Below, piece by piece: positions 36,310 to 45,354 of a stretch of DNA of 64,000 bases. The translations under genes were made by a program, and so were the position numbers. Each line of letters starts with the position of its first letter. The first letter of the stretch is position 1. The notes below the pieces were generated by a model. It was not told the origin of the DNA, did no database searches, and was given only the letters and a program-made list of their open reading frames with translations. The stretch lies in the sequence record MW460245.1; one strand, given 5' to 3'.

Positions 36310-36685
36310 CCTCGATGCAAACGTCGTGCGCGGTTACTTCAACAGTGACACGTCTGACACGAAGCGAGCGCTCGCGCACTTCTATGCCGCGGTTTACAGT
36401 GACTTCGCCGGCATGCGCGAGCATCAGGTGACGCTGACGCTTCTGGAAGACCGTGACAACAGCGGTGTCGGTGACTTCACCCTCAAATCGGTCAACGAAG
36501 CAGCGCAGCACATGCGGGATGCTGGCTTCAACGTCGAAGTTGAAGCGGACAAAGAGCAAGACGGCGATGCGCCTGACATCGAGGACAATCCGGACCTCGA
36601 AGAACCGAACTGGGATGATGGTGACTCCCTGGCCGATGCGGTGAATGAGCTGCTGCCGATCATCGAGGTCACGATCACCTGGTAA
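36302..36685 (+). CDS. Hypothetical acidic protein
   Basis: RBS GGAG before ATG 36302. Confidence 0.65.
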   Translation: MFNLDANVVRGYFNSDTSDTKRALAHFYAAVYSDFAGMREHQVTLTLLEDRDNSGVGDFTLKSVNEAAQHMRDAGFNVEVEADKEQDGDAPDIEDNPDLEEPNWDDGDSLADAVNELLPIIEVTITW

Positions 36686-36723
36686 TACCGCAGTAAGAAC
36701 CTAGTCAAAGAAAGGACTCAGCA

Positions 36724-37107
36724 ATGAATAGCACCGCAGCCCAACAAATGATTAACGCCATCAAAGGTGATCCCATGCTCGACGTCGCTCGTCACGCGGC
36801 CAACATGACCAACAGCATCAAGCAGTCGCGTGGTGTGGGGCGCGTGAAGAAAACGCCGGACCATCCGCGTTTTCGCTTGACGACGATTGTGGGTCATCGC
36901 TCGTGGTGCGAGGTAGCCCAGCAGGAAGGCTACACCATCAAGTATTGCAACATCACTGAGTATTACCTCGCCACCGATGCAGCAGGGGAACCGCGCGGTG
37001 CGTTCCCTTCGTGGCGAGCCGCATACCGTAACCTGACGAAGGACAACCCTCGTGCGGTCATGTATCGCATCCGCAAGGGCTGGCTGGACGTCGTCATCGG
37101 CTGGTAA
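36724..37107 (+). CDS. Hypothetical protein
   Basis: RBS AAGGA. Confidence 0.65.
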   Translation: MNSTAAQQMINAIKGDPMLDVARHAANMTNSIKQSRGVGRVKKTPDHPRFRLTTIVGHRSWCEVAQQEGYTIKYCNITEYYLATDAAGEPRGAFPSWRAAYRNLTKDNPRAVMYRIRKGWLDVVIGW

Positions 37108-37158
37108 ACCAAGCAGTTCCGTTCAATCGTTTTCACCCACAGAAAAGGGGTTTTCATC

Positions 37159-37623
37159 ATGCGTCGTATCTACATCCAGAACAAGCACTGCCCGGCAACC
37201 ATGTATGCTTCGGTCCGTCTGACGCGGGAGCAGTACAAGGCACTTCGTACCTTCATGCGGACGCCCGACTACCACTCGCAAGTCGGCTTCCCGGGCGGTG
37301 TGCGTCTGGCTACGATCGGTAGCGGCTGGTACCGGCTGACCTGCCCGTCGGAGTACAAGACGGAGCAGAAGATCATGGATGCAGTTCGCATCATCACGAA
37401 GAGCAATCATCAGGTTGCTGAGAAGCAGCGTGAAGGCAAACGCATCCAGAAGGCGCACAAGCCGAATGCAACCGCGTTCATCGACGGTCGTTTCGTGTCC
37501 ACGCAGCCGAACTTGACCCAGATTCCGCGGGCCGCTGTGCCGCCGGCACCGATCGTACAGGCACCGAAGCCGGCTGATCCGAATGCACTGGCGCGGCTTG
37601 CTGCCAAGTTCGGACGGCGTTGA
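37159..37623 (+). CDS. Hypothetical basic protein
   Basis: RBS AAGGGG. Confidence 0.65.
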   Translation: MRRIYIQNKHCPATMYASVRLTREQYKALRTFMRTPDYHSQVGFPGGVRLATIGSGWYRLTCPSEYKTEQKIMDAVRIITKSNHQVAEKQREGKRIQKAHKPNATAFIDGRFVSTQPNLTQIPRAAVPPAPIVQAPKPADPNALARLAAKFGRR

Positions 37624-37802
37624 TGGAAACCGTCATACTGTGGTTTCACATGATCTGGGACGCCTTCCTCTTCATTGCTATGGGGTGGGCAAGCCAGGGC
37701 TTGTATCAAGAGAACAAGGTGGAGGGCATCATCTGCGGTATCGTGATGCTCTTCCAGTTCGCTTTCCTCGTGCATGACTCGCTCATGCTTATCGCACACT
37801 AA
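37620..37802 (+). CDS. Small membrane protein
   Basis: Two TM segments; overlap coupling. Confidence 0.5.
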   Translation: MMETVILWFHMIWDAFLFIAMGWASQGLYQENKVEGIICGIVMLFQFAFLVHDSLMLIAH

Positions 37803-37831
37803 GCTAGACCAACCAAAGAAAAGGACACACC

Positions 37832-38272
37832 ATGAATGCTCGTACCATCGGCCTGAACGACATCAAAAACTTCGACGAAGCCACGCTGCATGAATCCCGT
37901 CACGGCATCGGCAAGACGCATGTTCTGGAGCGTGCGCCTGTCGAGAAGGCGGTAACGAAGCTGAAGGGCAACAAGCCGACCCAGATCGCCATCGAATACG
38001 ATGCGCCGCATTGGGTGATCCTGATCCACAACCCGGGTCAGTCGTTCTGGACGCCGCTGCTGTCGAAGCATCGTTTCAACGAGATCAAGGACGATTACGG
38101 TGTGGTCGTCAAGAAACGCCCGATCATCGAGTCGTTCGCTTCCTACGAGGAGGCGGAGAGGCATGCGAATGAGAATCTCTCGCATGCGGAGCTGACGAAG
38201 CGCCCGACGGGTTTCTGGGCATCGCTGTTCGGCGCAACGCGCATCCAGTTCGGTAGTTCGAACGCGCAGTAA
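37832..38272 (+). CDS. Hypothetical protein
   Basis: RBS AAGGA. Confidence 0.65.
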   Translation: MNARTIGLNDIKNFDEATLHESRHGIGKTHVLERAPVEKAVTKLKGNKPTQIAIEYDAPHWVILIHNPGQSFWTPLLSKHRFNEIKDDYGVVVKKRPIIESFASYEEAERHANENLSHAELTKRPTGFWASLFGATRIQFGSSNAQ

Positions 38273-38275
38273 GCC

Positions 38276-38285
38276 GTCGTAAATA
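38276..38285 (+). promoter_or_regulatory. GTCGTAAATA variant motif
   Basis: Intergenic, about 69 nt upstream of 38354. Confidence 0.45.
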
Positions 38286-38353
38286 GAAAACATCCGGGAG
38301 GGCGGAACTGTGCCAATCTCCCTCCCCTTCAAGACCACAAGATAGGAGTTTCA

Positions 38354-38614
38354 ATGAGTAAGCGCGTGCCGGATAAGGATACTGTTCTCCCGTTCAACCA
38401 CGAGGACGTGCGGCACATTGCATCGAACCAGAAACCTGCCCTCTGCATCACGTATGACGAGGCACAAGGCGAATGGACGATTGTGCCGAAGTCCGCGCGA
38501 GGCGGGATGTTTGTGTTTCTGACGGAACAACCGAAGAGTCATCACACGCATGTCCGCATCTACGGCATCGTGAACTCAGGGAAGGCTGCACGTGGTGAAA
38601 CGTTCAAGCAGTAA
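38354..38614 (+). CDS. Hypothetical protein
   Basis: RBS AGGAG. Confidence 0.6.
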   Translation: MSKRVPDKDTVLPFNHEDVRHIASNQKPALCITYDEAQGEWTIVPKSARGGMFVFLTEQPKSHHTHVRIYGIVNSGKAARGETFKQ

Positions 38615-39389
38615 TGCACTTGTCGTCTACGGTACCTACACAGGCGATATTGAGGACGTAGCGAAGCTCGCCCGGTTTCGTTACGGCCTTCGTGAGCTTC
38701 AAAAGGGACGGAAGCAATGGAACAACCTCCGCAAGCAAGTCCTGAACGTCATTTTGAGCTACGCCAACGAATTCGAAGGCGAACTTGAGACGGTGAAGCG
38801 CCTGCGCCTTGAAATCCGCAACACGACCAAGGGCGCGCCTGTTACACAGGGCCAAGAGACACCTGACGCGTTCCTCATGAATGGGGAATCCACTGAACTG
38901 TATAACGTCAATCGGGAGATCATCAAAAAGGTATACAAGACTCTAGCTCAGATATTCCACCCCGATAAGGGTGGCGACCCTGAGCTGTTCGATGCGATCT
39001 ACAAGGCATACAAGGCGAACGATCTTTCGTTCCTCGGTGAGCTGTACATGACCAGCCAAAAGATGCACGACGTCGAGTGGATCAAATCGAATGGTCTCGC
39101 GTTCCTTTCGCAGGAGATGCAGAGGCCCAGCGTAAATATAGCCATGTTACGGGCACGACCTGAATTCCTGATTTGTCAGCTTCACATGACCGGCAAGTTT
39201 GAGAAGGCTAGGGCCGCAACGCAGACGTACCTGCAAGGACTCATCCTCGTCCTGCAGCAAGAACTCAACCTCAATATCGGAGCTATCAATGGCCAAGGAA
39301 GAACTGAAGAAGAAAAAGAAGAAGTCGAAGGACGCGGAGGAAGCGACCTCTTCGAAGAAGTCCAAGAAGTCCAAGGAAGAGAAGGCTGA
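38592..39389 (+). CDS. Protein with an internal J-domain-like segment
   Basis: IIKKVYKTLAQIFHPDKGGDPELF..I..AY. Confidence 0.65.
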   Translation: MVKRSSSNALVVYGTYTGDIEDVAKLARFRYGLRELQKGRKQWNNLRKQVLNVILSYANEFEGELETVKRLRLEIRNTTKGAPVTQGQETPDAFLMNGESTELYNVNREIIKKVYKTLAQIFHPDKGGDPELFDAIYKAYKANDLSFLGELYMTSQKMHDVEWIKSNGLAFLSQEMQRPSVNIAMLRARPEFLICQLHMTGKFEKARAATQTYLQGLILVLQQELNLNIGAINGQGRTEEEKEEVEGRGGSDLFEEVQEVQGREG

Positions 39390-40041
39390 TAAGAAGGGCA
39401 AGAAGATTGCCAAGGCAGCCAAGGCTCAAGGCGTGAAGAAAAAGAAGAAGGGCCCCTGGGCCCCGGTAGCACCGGCTGACTTCAAGCCGTTCGACTGCGA
39501 GCTCGTCTTCAAGACGGAAAAGGACGGCCTGATCGGCAGCATGTTCCGCGCAACGCGTTACAAGGGCCGCTACGCTCCGGAAGTGGACGACAAGAAGAAG
39601 TTCCCGATGCAGTCCTACGACGTCGGTACGCTGACAGGCATCGCAGCACGCCTCGCAGGTGTGACGTTCAAGACGAACGCCGACAACCTGTACCCGGTCG
39701 ACATCAAGACCCGCAACGAGACGGAAACATACAAGAATGCGGAAGGCGAGAAGAAGGTTCGCCTGGTGCATCGCAAGGCAATGCGTCTGCCGGCGAACAC
39801 GCAGTTCCGCATCGTCATGCGCGTCATGGCTCGCAAGGCGAAGGGCAACGTGATCGGCGTCTCGTTCAAGGGCGTGTGGCAGTGGGTCGAAGTGAAGAGC
39901 AAGGTCAAGCCGGTCGAGCTCGACAAGAAGGATCCGATCTACCGCGCACTTCGCAAGTCGGTCCGCACGATGCCTGGCGCATTCCGCAACGTGCAACTGC
40001 CGCCGGGCGGCCGCCGCAAGAAGGTTGAAGACGACGAATAA
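39289..40041 (+). CDS. Hypothetical protein with Lys-rich N-terminus
   Basis: RBS GGAG before ATG 39289; strong codon bias. Confidence 0.75.
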   Translation: MAKEELKKKKKKSKDAEEATSSKKSKKSKEEKADKKGKKIAKAAKAQGVKKKKKGPWAPVAPADFKPFDCELVFKTEKDGLIGSMFRATRYKGRYAPEVDDKKKFPMQSYDVGTLTGIAARLAGVTFKTNADNLYPVDIKTRNETETYKNAEGEKKVRLVHRKAMRLPANTQFRIVMRVMARKAKGNVIGVSFKGVWQWVEVKSKVKPVELDKKDPIYRALRKSVRTMPGAFRNVQLPPGGRRKKVEDDE

Positions 40042-40063
40042 ATCGTTCGTCATGCTGTAAAGA

Positions 40064-40087
40064 AACAGGCACCACATGGTGCCTGTT
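40064..40087 (+). terminator. Hairpin, probable terminator
   Basis: AACAGGCACC/GGTGCCTGTT with a 4-nt loop. Confidence 0.55.
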
Positions 40088-40129
40088 GTCGCATTCAAGT
40101 ACAACACCAACCCTTTCCTAGAGGTTCTT

Positions 40130-40939
40130 ATGCAACGTACCATGGTCAAAGACTACAGCCTGCTCTCGTTCGACGTGGACGGCAAGGTTCACACGTCGAA
40201 GCGTCAGATTCGCATCATCACCGAAACGCGCACGAAGGGTTCGGTCGACGTGGTCCCGAACGGCTCGCAACTGGCAATCATCGGCAACGATACGTTCCTG
40301 TACAAGCGCAATCCGACGGGTGTGGTTCTCGTGAATGAACTGGTTTGCTATCGCAGCGCAGGCTGGATCCCGGGCGAAGTCAAGCCGTCATCCGGCTTCG
40401 GCAAGGCTATTGTCGAAGCGCTGTACTTGTTTGGTGCCATCACGCGTGACCAATACCACACGCACAAGAAGGCCATCAAGGCAGGCGAGGCAGAGGAAGC
40501 TGAGAAGAGCTCCTACGACACCCTCATCCACACGCTGCAATCGGCGGTGCGCAATCGTGGTACCAGCAATGTGCGCGCTATGCTGGACGAAGCCATCCTC
40601 GGCATCCCGGAGAAAGAGCGCGCAAAGATCGCCGCGCGAGTCACAGGGCTGCCTGCAGCTGGTTTCGAGTCGGCAGCTACCGAAAAGCCGAAGAAGGCTG
40701 AGAAGGTCGCGCGCAAGCAAACGCCGCACATGAAGAAGGCAGCAAAGCCTCAAGCAAAGAAGACGCTCCCGGCATCGCAAGCTGGCCTGAACCGTGCAGT
40801 GCAGTTGGACACGATGACGGCAGAAGGCAAGGCGAAGGTCGAAGCGGCTGTCGGTACGCTGACCGCAAAACCGGATGCAAAGCCGAAAGCAACGAAGGCG
40901 CGCAAAACGGGCGTGAAGGCATCGACGCCCCTCATCTAA
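40130..40939 (+). CDS. Hypothetical protein with Lys/Ala-rich histone-like C-terminal tail
   Basis: RBS GAGG; KKAAKP-type tail. Confidence 0.7.
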   Translation: MQRTMVKDYSLLSFDVDGKVHTSKRQIRIITETRTKGSVDVVPNGSQLAIIGNDTFLYKRNPTGVVLVNELVCYRSAGWIPGEVKPSSGFGKAIVEALYLFGAITRDQYHTHKKAIKAGEAEEAEKSSYDTLIHTLQSAVRNRGTSNVRAMLDEAILGIPEKERAKIAARVTGLPAAGFESAATEKPKKAEKVARKQTPHMKKAAKPQAKKTLPASQAGLNRAVQLDTMTAEGKAKVEAAVGTLTAKPDAKPKATKARKTGVKASTPLI

Positions 40940-40949
40940 GGAGAATCGA

Positions 40950-41444
40950 ATGAATCGAGCTCTTGCCTCGAAGCAGTACGACGAGAACCTTCACGAAGGC
41001 ATGCTGTTCCGCCTTTTCATTAGCTTCGATGACATGCTGTTGCGCGAGCAGGATGCTCCGTACTACACGACGGAAAGCGGGCGCATCATGTCGCGACTCG
41101 AGGCGTACAACGGCATCCGCCCCGAACACCTGATGCAGTTCACCTTGTTCCGTGACAAGGAAGGCGTTCCGAAGTACGCAGAAATCTTTGCGACCAACAT
41201 CGAGCGCCTGTACGCGAAGGGCATTCTCCTGCAGAAGGCTCTTAAGGTTCGTCGTCGCTTCGTCAACAAGCGCCGCATCGAACTGAACGAAGCGCAGCAA
41301 GCTGTGAAGGAGTCGCTGGCCTCGTCGCTCATGAGCGGCCTCCTCGAGTACCCGGAAGTGCCGCATAGCGTAACGCAACGTCTCGCAGAACACCTTGCGT
41401 CGAAGGTCACTGACCTGCTGAACGAAACTCTGTTCAAGGGCTAA
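40950..41444 (+). CDS. Hypothetical protein
   Basis: RBS AAGGAG. Confidence 0.7.
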   Translation: MNRALASKQYDENLHEGMLFRLFISFDDMLLREQDAPYYTTESGRIMSRLEAYNGIRPEHLMQFTLFRDKEGVPKYAEIFATNIERLYAKGILLQKALKVRRRFVNKRRIELNEAQQAVKESLASSLMSGLLEYPEVPHSVTQRLAEHLASKVTDLLNETLFKG

Positions 41445-41447
41445 GCC

Positions 41448-41645
41448 ATGCTGGCGCGAGTCATCCTGATGTTTGTGATCCTGACGTTTGCTGGTTTCTT
41501 CGGGTTCAAGGCGTATAAAGCCCTGCGCCTGAAGGATCGCCGTCTGGTTCGCCGTGATGCAGTAAAGAACGCAGCAATCCTGATCGTGTGTGCGCTGGTG
41601 TCGATGTGCGTTATCGCAGTCGCAACGCTCGCCGATCAACTCTGA
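41448..41645 (+). CDS. Small membrane protein
   Basis: Two TM segments flanking a basic loop. Confidence 0.6.
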   Translation: MLARVILMFVILTFAGFFGFKAYKALRLKDRRLVRRDAVKNAAILIVCALVSMCVIAVATLADQL

Positions 41646-41646
41646 T

Positions 41647-41752
41647 TCAGGGCTAACAGCAGGCAGGTTTACTCTAACCTGTAGTATGTTCGAGCGGAAT
41701 CGTGTCGCATCCTTGGCCGGAAGGACTCGTTTCACCCTGACCTGCTGCCTGA
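41647..41752 (+). ncRNA. Candidate structured ncRNA (multibranch)
   Basis: Closing helix TCAGG+CAGCAGG / CCTGCTG+CCTGA; inner hairpins CAGGTT/AACCTG and TCCTT/AAGGA. Confidence 0.4.
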
Positions 41753-41756
41753 TACC

Positions 41757-41831
41757 CGACCAGTTAGTAGAGTGGTAAACAGCCTAGTCGCCTAGCTAGG
41801 AAGCGGCGGGTTCGACTCCCGCACTGGTCGA
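41757..41831 (+). tRNA. Non-canonical tRNA-like RNA (8-bp acceptor, 8-nt anticodon loop UCGCCUAG)
   Basis: CGACCAGT/ACTGGTCG; T-arm GCGGG-TTCGACT-CCCGC; anticodon stem CCTAG/CTAGG; D-loop AGTGGTA. Confidence 0.75.
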
Positions 41832-41861
41832 CTACCACTTTCTCACCCATTGAGGTTTTAT

Positions 41862-42656
41862 ATGAAGCGTTTGTTCCGTGCAGCAGCAATCATCGCCATT
41901 GGCCTGTCGGTCGCGGCGTGTGGCAAAATCGAAACCGGTAACGCAGGTCTGCGTACCACGTACACTGGCAAGGTCGAACAGGAACCGATCGGTCAAGGCT
42001 TCTACACCAAGTTCACCTCGACGGTGAACGAGTACAGCCTGAAGAAGGTTCCCGTCGTTCTGGAGAACATGACGCCGAAGGTCGCAGGCGGTCTGCGCCT
42101 GAAGGAACTGGACGTGCAGGTGATCTACCAGATCAATCCGACGAGCCTGTATCGCCTGGCGACTCAGTACACGGGCATGGATGCCATCGATCCGAACGAC
42201 AGTGACATCCGCTGGCCGGCGTACCAACGCGTGAAGGCTGTATCGCTCTCCGAGATCGCAAACGTCGTCTCGCAGTTCGATTCGATGGAGATTCACCAGA
42301 AGCGTAACGCCATCGAGAACGATGCGAAGGCAGCTATCCAGAAAGCCCTCGACGCGTCCGATCCGGGCGCATTCCAAATCGTGGAAGTCATCGTCAAGCA
42401 AGTGCTGACCGATGAATCGGTGGAGAACGCGATCCGCAACGTCGCAACGAAGCAGAAGGAAAACGAGGCTGCACTCCTGGAAGTGAGCATCGCCAAGCGT
42501 CGTGCCGAGGCAGTCGCTGCAACTGCGAACACCCTGACGCCTGCATTCCTGCAGCACGAATACAACCAAGCGCTCGCGAAGTTCGCCGACAACAAGAATG
42601 TGACGGTGGTGCTGGATGGTTCCGCCTCGAACAAGATCCTGAACCTCAAGCAATAA
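41862..42656 (+). CDS. SPFH/band-7 (prohibitin-like) lipoprotein
   Basis: Lipobox AACG, I.TGNAGLRTTYTG, C-terminal coiled coil. Confidence 0.85.
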   Translation: MKRLFRAAAIIAIGLSVAACGKIETGNAGLRTTYTGKVEQEPIGQGFYTKFTSTVNEYSLKKVPVVLENMTPKVAGGLRLKELDVQVIYQINPTSLYRLATQYTGMDAIDPNDSDIRWPAYQRVKAVSLSEIANVVSQFDSMEIHQKRNAIENDAKAAIQKALDASDPGAFQIVEVIVKQVLTDESVENAIRNVATKQKENEAALLEVSIAKRRAEAVAATANTLTPAFLQHEYNQALAKFADNKNVTVVLDGSASNKILNLKQ

Positions 42657-42657
42657 C

Positions 42658-42849
42658 GTGAGCAAGCGACTCCCCTACGAAAGTGCCCCGTTCAACTACC
42701 GGGGCATCCACTGCGCCAATCAGAAGTGCGGCGTAGTGGTAGGCTTCACTGAAGGTATGCAGAGCTACACCCTTTGCCCGGCTTGCTACAAGGAAGCCGA
42801 ACGTGAACACGATGCGCAGACTGCGCAGCAACTCAAGGAATCGAAATGA
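42658..42849 (+). CDS. Small zinc-ribbon protein
   Basis: CANQKC...CPAC. Confidence 0.5.
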   Translation: MSKRLPYESAPFNYRGIHCANQKCGVVVGFTEGMQSYTLCPACYKEAEREHDAQTAQQLKESK

Positions 42850-43184
42850 ACGCAGCATACCAAGAACTTCTCGCGAAGAAAGCCGCACTCGAAAAGCAAA
42901 TCGAGGAAGTCCGTGCAGCCGAGAAGGTGCCGGCAATCGCGAAGGTTCAGGAACTGATTCGCCTGTACAACCTCAAGCCTGCTGAAGTCTTCGGCCCGGC
43001 AGAACTCCAGGGCGAACTGTTCCCGGCGAAACGCAAGCAAGGCGTTCCGAAGGGCACGAAGTTCAAGCCGAAGTACATGGATCCGAAGACTGGCAGCACG
43101 TGGAGCGGTCGTGGTAAGCCGCCGAACTGGATCAAGGGTGTGGCTGACCGCACTTCGTTCCTCATCAACAAGAACGAAGCATGA
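42846..43184 (+). CDS. hns: H-NS family nucleoid/silencing protein (Bv3F-like)
   Basis: YQELLAKKAALEKQIEEVR oligomerisation helix; PKYMDPKTGSTWSGRGKPPNWI DNA-binding motif. Confidence 0.92.
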   Translation: MNAAYQELLAKKAALEKQIEEVRAAEKVPAIAKVQELIRLYNLKPAEVFGPAELQGELFPAKRKQGVPKGTKFKPKYMDPKTGSTWSGRGKPPNWIKGVADRTSFLINKNEA

Positions 43185-43465
43185 AGGTCAAGTACGTAGC
43201 GGACGACGGCACTGAATTCTGGAACGAGGATCAGTGCCGCGCGTATGAAACCCTCATCAAGGCAGCATCGAATTCAGCATTCAAGCAAGTGGTGAAGGAG
43301 TTGTTTGACGGTTGTACCACGTGGTATCGCGGTTCGGATCCGAACGATCCTGACGTGAAGGTTTTCCGTGTTGAAGAAGATATGCAGAAGTTTACCGCTA
43401 ACCTCGTTCGCGCACTTCCGGCTCTCCAAGGAGAACTGACTCGCGCGCTCAACAAAGGAGTCTGA
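43181..43465 (+). CDS. Hypothetical protein
   Basis: KYVADDGTEF..E..C..YE phage-type motif; ATGA coupling. Confidence 0.65.
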   Translation: MKVKYVADDGTEFWNEDQCRAYETLIKAASNSAFKQVVKELFDGCTTWYRGSDPNDPDVKVFRVEEDMQKFTANLVRALPALQGELTRALNKGV

Positions 43466-43466
43466 C

Positions 43467-44273
43467 ATGGGTTTCAAGAAAGGATTCTTCCGCGGCCTGC
43501 TGGCCGGTATCGTCATCGGCGCAGTTGGTTTCTTGAGCGCGCAGGCAGCACACGCCAAGATTCCGCCGACTGTTCGCATCGGAGTGGACGCTTCGTATCC
43601 GCCGTTCGAGTACAAGAAGCCGAGCGGTGAACTGACTGGCTTCGGTGTGGATCTCGGCAACGAGATTTGCAAGCGCATGCAGGTCAAGTGCGTGTGGGTG
43701 GAGAACAGTTTCGACGGCATGATCCCAGGCCTGAAGGCTCGCAAGTTCGATCTGTTCCTGAGCTCGATGTCCATGACGCCGAAGCGCAAGGAACAGATCG
43801 ACTTCACCGACAAGACGGCTCGCACGCCGACGTTCCTGATCGCGAAGAAAGGTTCGACGCTGTTGCCGACTCCTGAATCGCTGAAGGGCAAGGCAGTCGG
43901 TGTGCTGCAAGGCTCCATGCAGGAGACGTATGCGAAGCAGGTGTGGATGCCGGCAGGTGCACAGGTGCTGTCGTATCAGAACCAAGACCTCGTGTATCAG
44001 GATCTGGTCGCTGGTCGTGTGGACGCAACGCTGCAATCCGGCGTGCAGGCGAAGCTGGGCTTTCTGAACACGGCTCAAGGCGCGAACTACCAATTCGTCG
44101 GCAAGGAAGTCTTCGATCCGAAAATCTTCGGACCGGGTCAAGGCATCGGCGTGCGCAAGGAAGATCAGGACCTGCGTGACGCGGTGAACAAGGCCCTCGC
44201 CTCGATCCGCGCCGATGGTACCTACAACAAGATCGCGAAGCCATATTTCGACTTCGACGTTTATGGAGAGTGA
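43467..44273 (+). CDS. Periplasmic basic amino-acid ABC substrate-binding protein (HisJ/ArgT family)
   Basis: Signal peptide AQAAHA; RIGVDASYPPFE, FDGMIPGLKARKFD, R.EQIDFT, VYQDL.AGR.DA, GIGVRKED, DGTY..IAK.YF. Confidence 0.93.
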   Translation: MGFKKGFFRGLLAGIVIGAVGFLSAQAAHAKIPPTVRIGVDASYPPFEYKKPSGELTGFGVDLGNEICKRMQVKCVWVENSFDGMIPGLKARKFDLFLSSMSMTPKRKEQIDFTDKTARTPTFLIAKKGSTLLPTPESLKGKAVGVLQGSMQETYAKQVWMPAGAQVLSYQNQDLVYQDLVAGRVDATLQSGVQAKLGFLNTAQGANYQFVGKEVFDPKIFGPGQGIGVRKEDQDLRDAVNKALASIRADGTYNKIAKPYFDFDVYGE

Positions 44274-44276
44274 CGG

Positions 44277-44621
44277 ATGAACATCATCCGCATTGACGGT
44301 CGTATCGATTACGAGAACACGACTGCGTGGTACATCAGTGCAATCATCGTCCATTTCCAACCCGGAAAGAACGAACACGAATCGCAGTTCCTCGGCGGCT
44401 TCTTCGTGAAAGCAGAAACCGAGTATCACGCTGTTGGTCAGCTCACGAAGGACTCTATCCTTCCTGTCGCCCCGACCTGCGCATGCCACGATATGGAGAT
44501 TCAGGTCGGCGCCATCGATCCGGAAATGATCGAGAAGGTTCCTGAAGCTTTCTGGAACAAGTGCCTGACTAAGGACGAGATCGAAGCTGTAAACGCTCGA
44601 CTGGGAGGGCAACTGCAATGA
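44277..44621 (+). CDS. Hypothetical protein
   Basis: RBS GGAG; operonic. Confidence 0.6.
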   Translation: MNIIRIDGRIDYENTTAWYISAIIVHFQPGKNEHESQFLGGFFVKAETEYHAVGQLTKDSILPVAPTCACHDMEIQVGAIDPEMIEKVPEAFWNKCLTKDEIEAVNARLGGQLQ

Positions 44622-44675
44622 TTCACCTCGAAAAGGTCTACCACAATGACTTTCTACCTCACAAAGGAGAAGGTC

Positions 44676-44840
44676 ATGAGCAGAACGGTGAAGGGCAGTA
44701 AGGCCCCTGGTTTCCAATACTGGAGCAAACGACCCGTCAAAGGGGAAACGCGCGCATCGCCAGGGGCGCATAAGTTTACCAAGAAACTCACGCACCGAGC
44801 CGAACGGCGGCAAGGGCGTAAAGAATGCAAAGAAGGTTAA
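44676..44840 (+). CDS. Small basic hypothetical protein
   Basis: RBS AAGGAG before ATG 44676. Confidence 0.5.
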   Translation: MSRTVKGSKAPGFQYWSKRPVKGETRASPGAHKFTKKLTHRAERRQGRKECKEG

Positions 44841-44859
44841 CCTCTTAAAGGAGTTCATC

Positions 44860-45291
44860 ATGGCAATCAAGGGTCAAAAGGCGCAAGCACAATCGAACCG
44901 CAAGCTGACGGCAGGTGAAGTGCGTGCGCAGCGTGCGATGGTGTCTGGCTTCGCAAGCGCAAATCAAGCGCAGGCAAACGAGCCGATCACGGCAATGAAG
45001 GCTGTCCCGGCAATCACCGGCGGCACGGAGGAGGCACTCGACTACCTGCAGAGCGCACTGAACGATATCAGCTACTCTGTCGAGCAGGTGATCAACATGT
45101 GCCAGCCGCACCTGCCGGAATACCTCTTCGCGCCTTCGGATGGCGAAGAAGGGTGCATCGGTTACGAGACGCGACACAACGGCGTCAGCAACTCGAACAC
45201 GGCGACGGTGAATCGCATCAACAGCCAGATCGATGAGCTGGATCGCATCCAACGCCGCGTCGAATTCCTGCGCGCGCACCTGAAAGTGTAA
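44860..45291 (+). CDS. Hypothetical protein
   Basis: RBS AAGGAG. Confidence 0.7.
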   Translation: MAIKGQKAQAQSNRKLTAGEVRAQRAMVSGFASANQAQANEPITAMKAVPAITGGTEEALDYLQSALNDISYSVEQVINMCQPHLPEYLFAPSDGEEGCIGYETRHNGVSNSNTATVNRINSQIDELDRIQRRVEFLRAHLKV

Positions 45292-45354
45292 GTGACGTTC
45301 CTGCAATTGGAAGGCTTCGCCTCGTTCGGAGCCTTCCCCTCTCCTGAGGACTTC

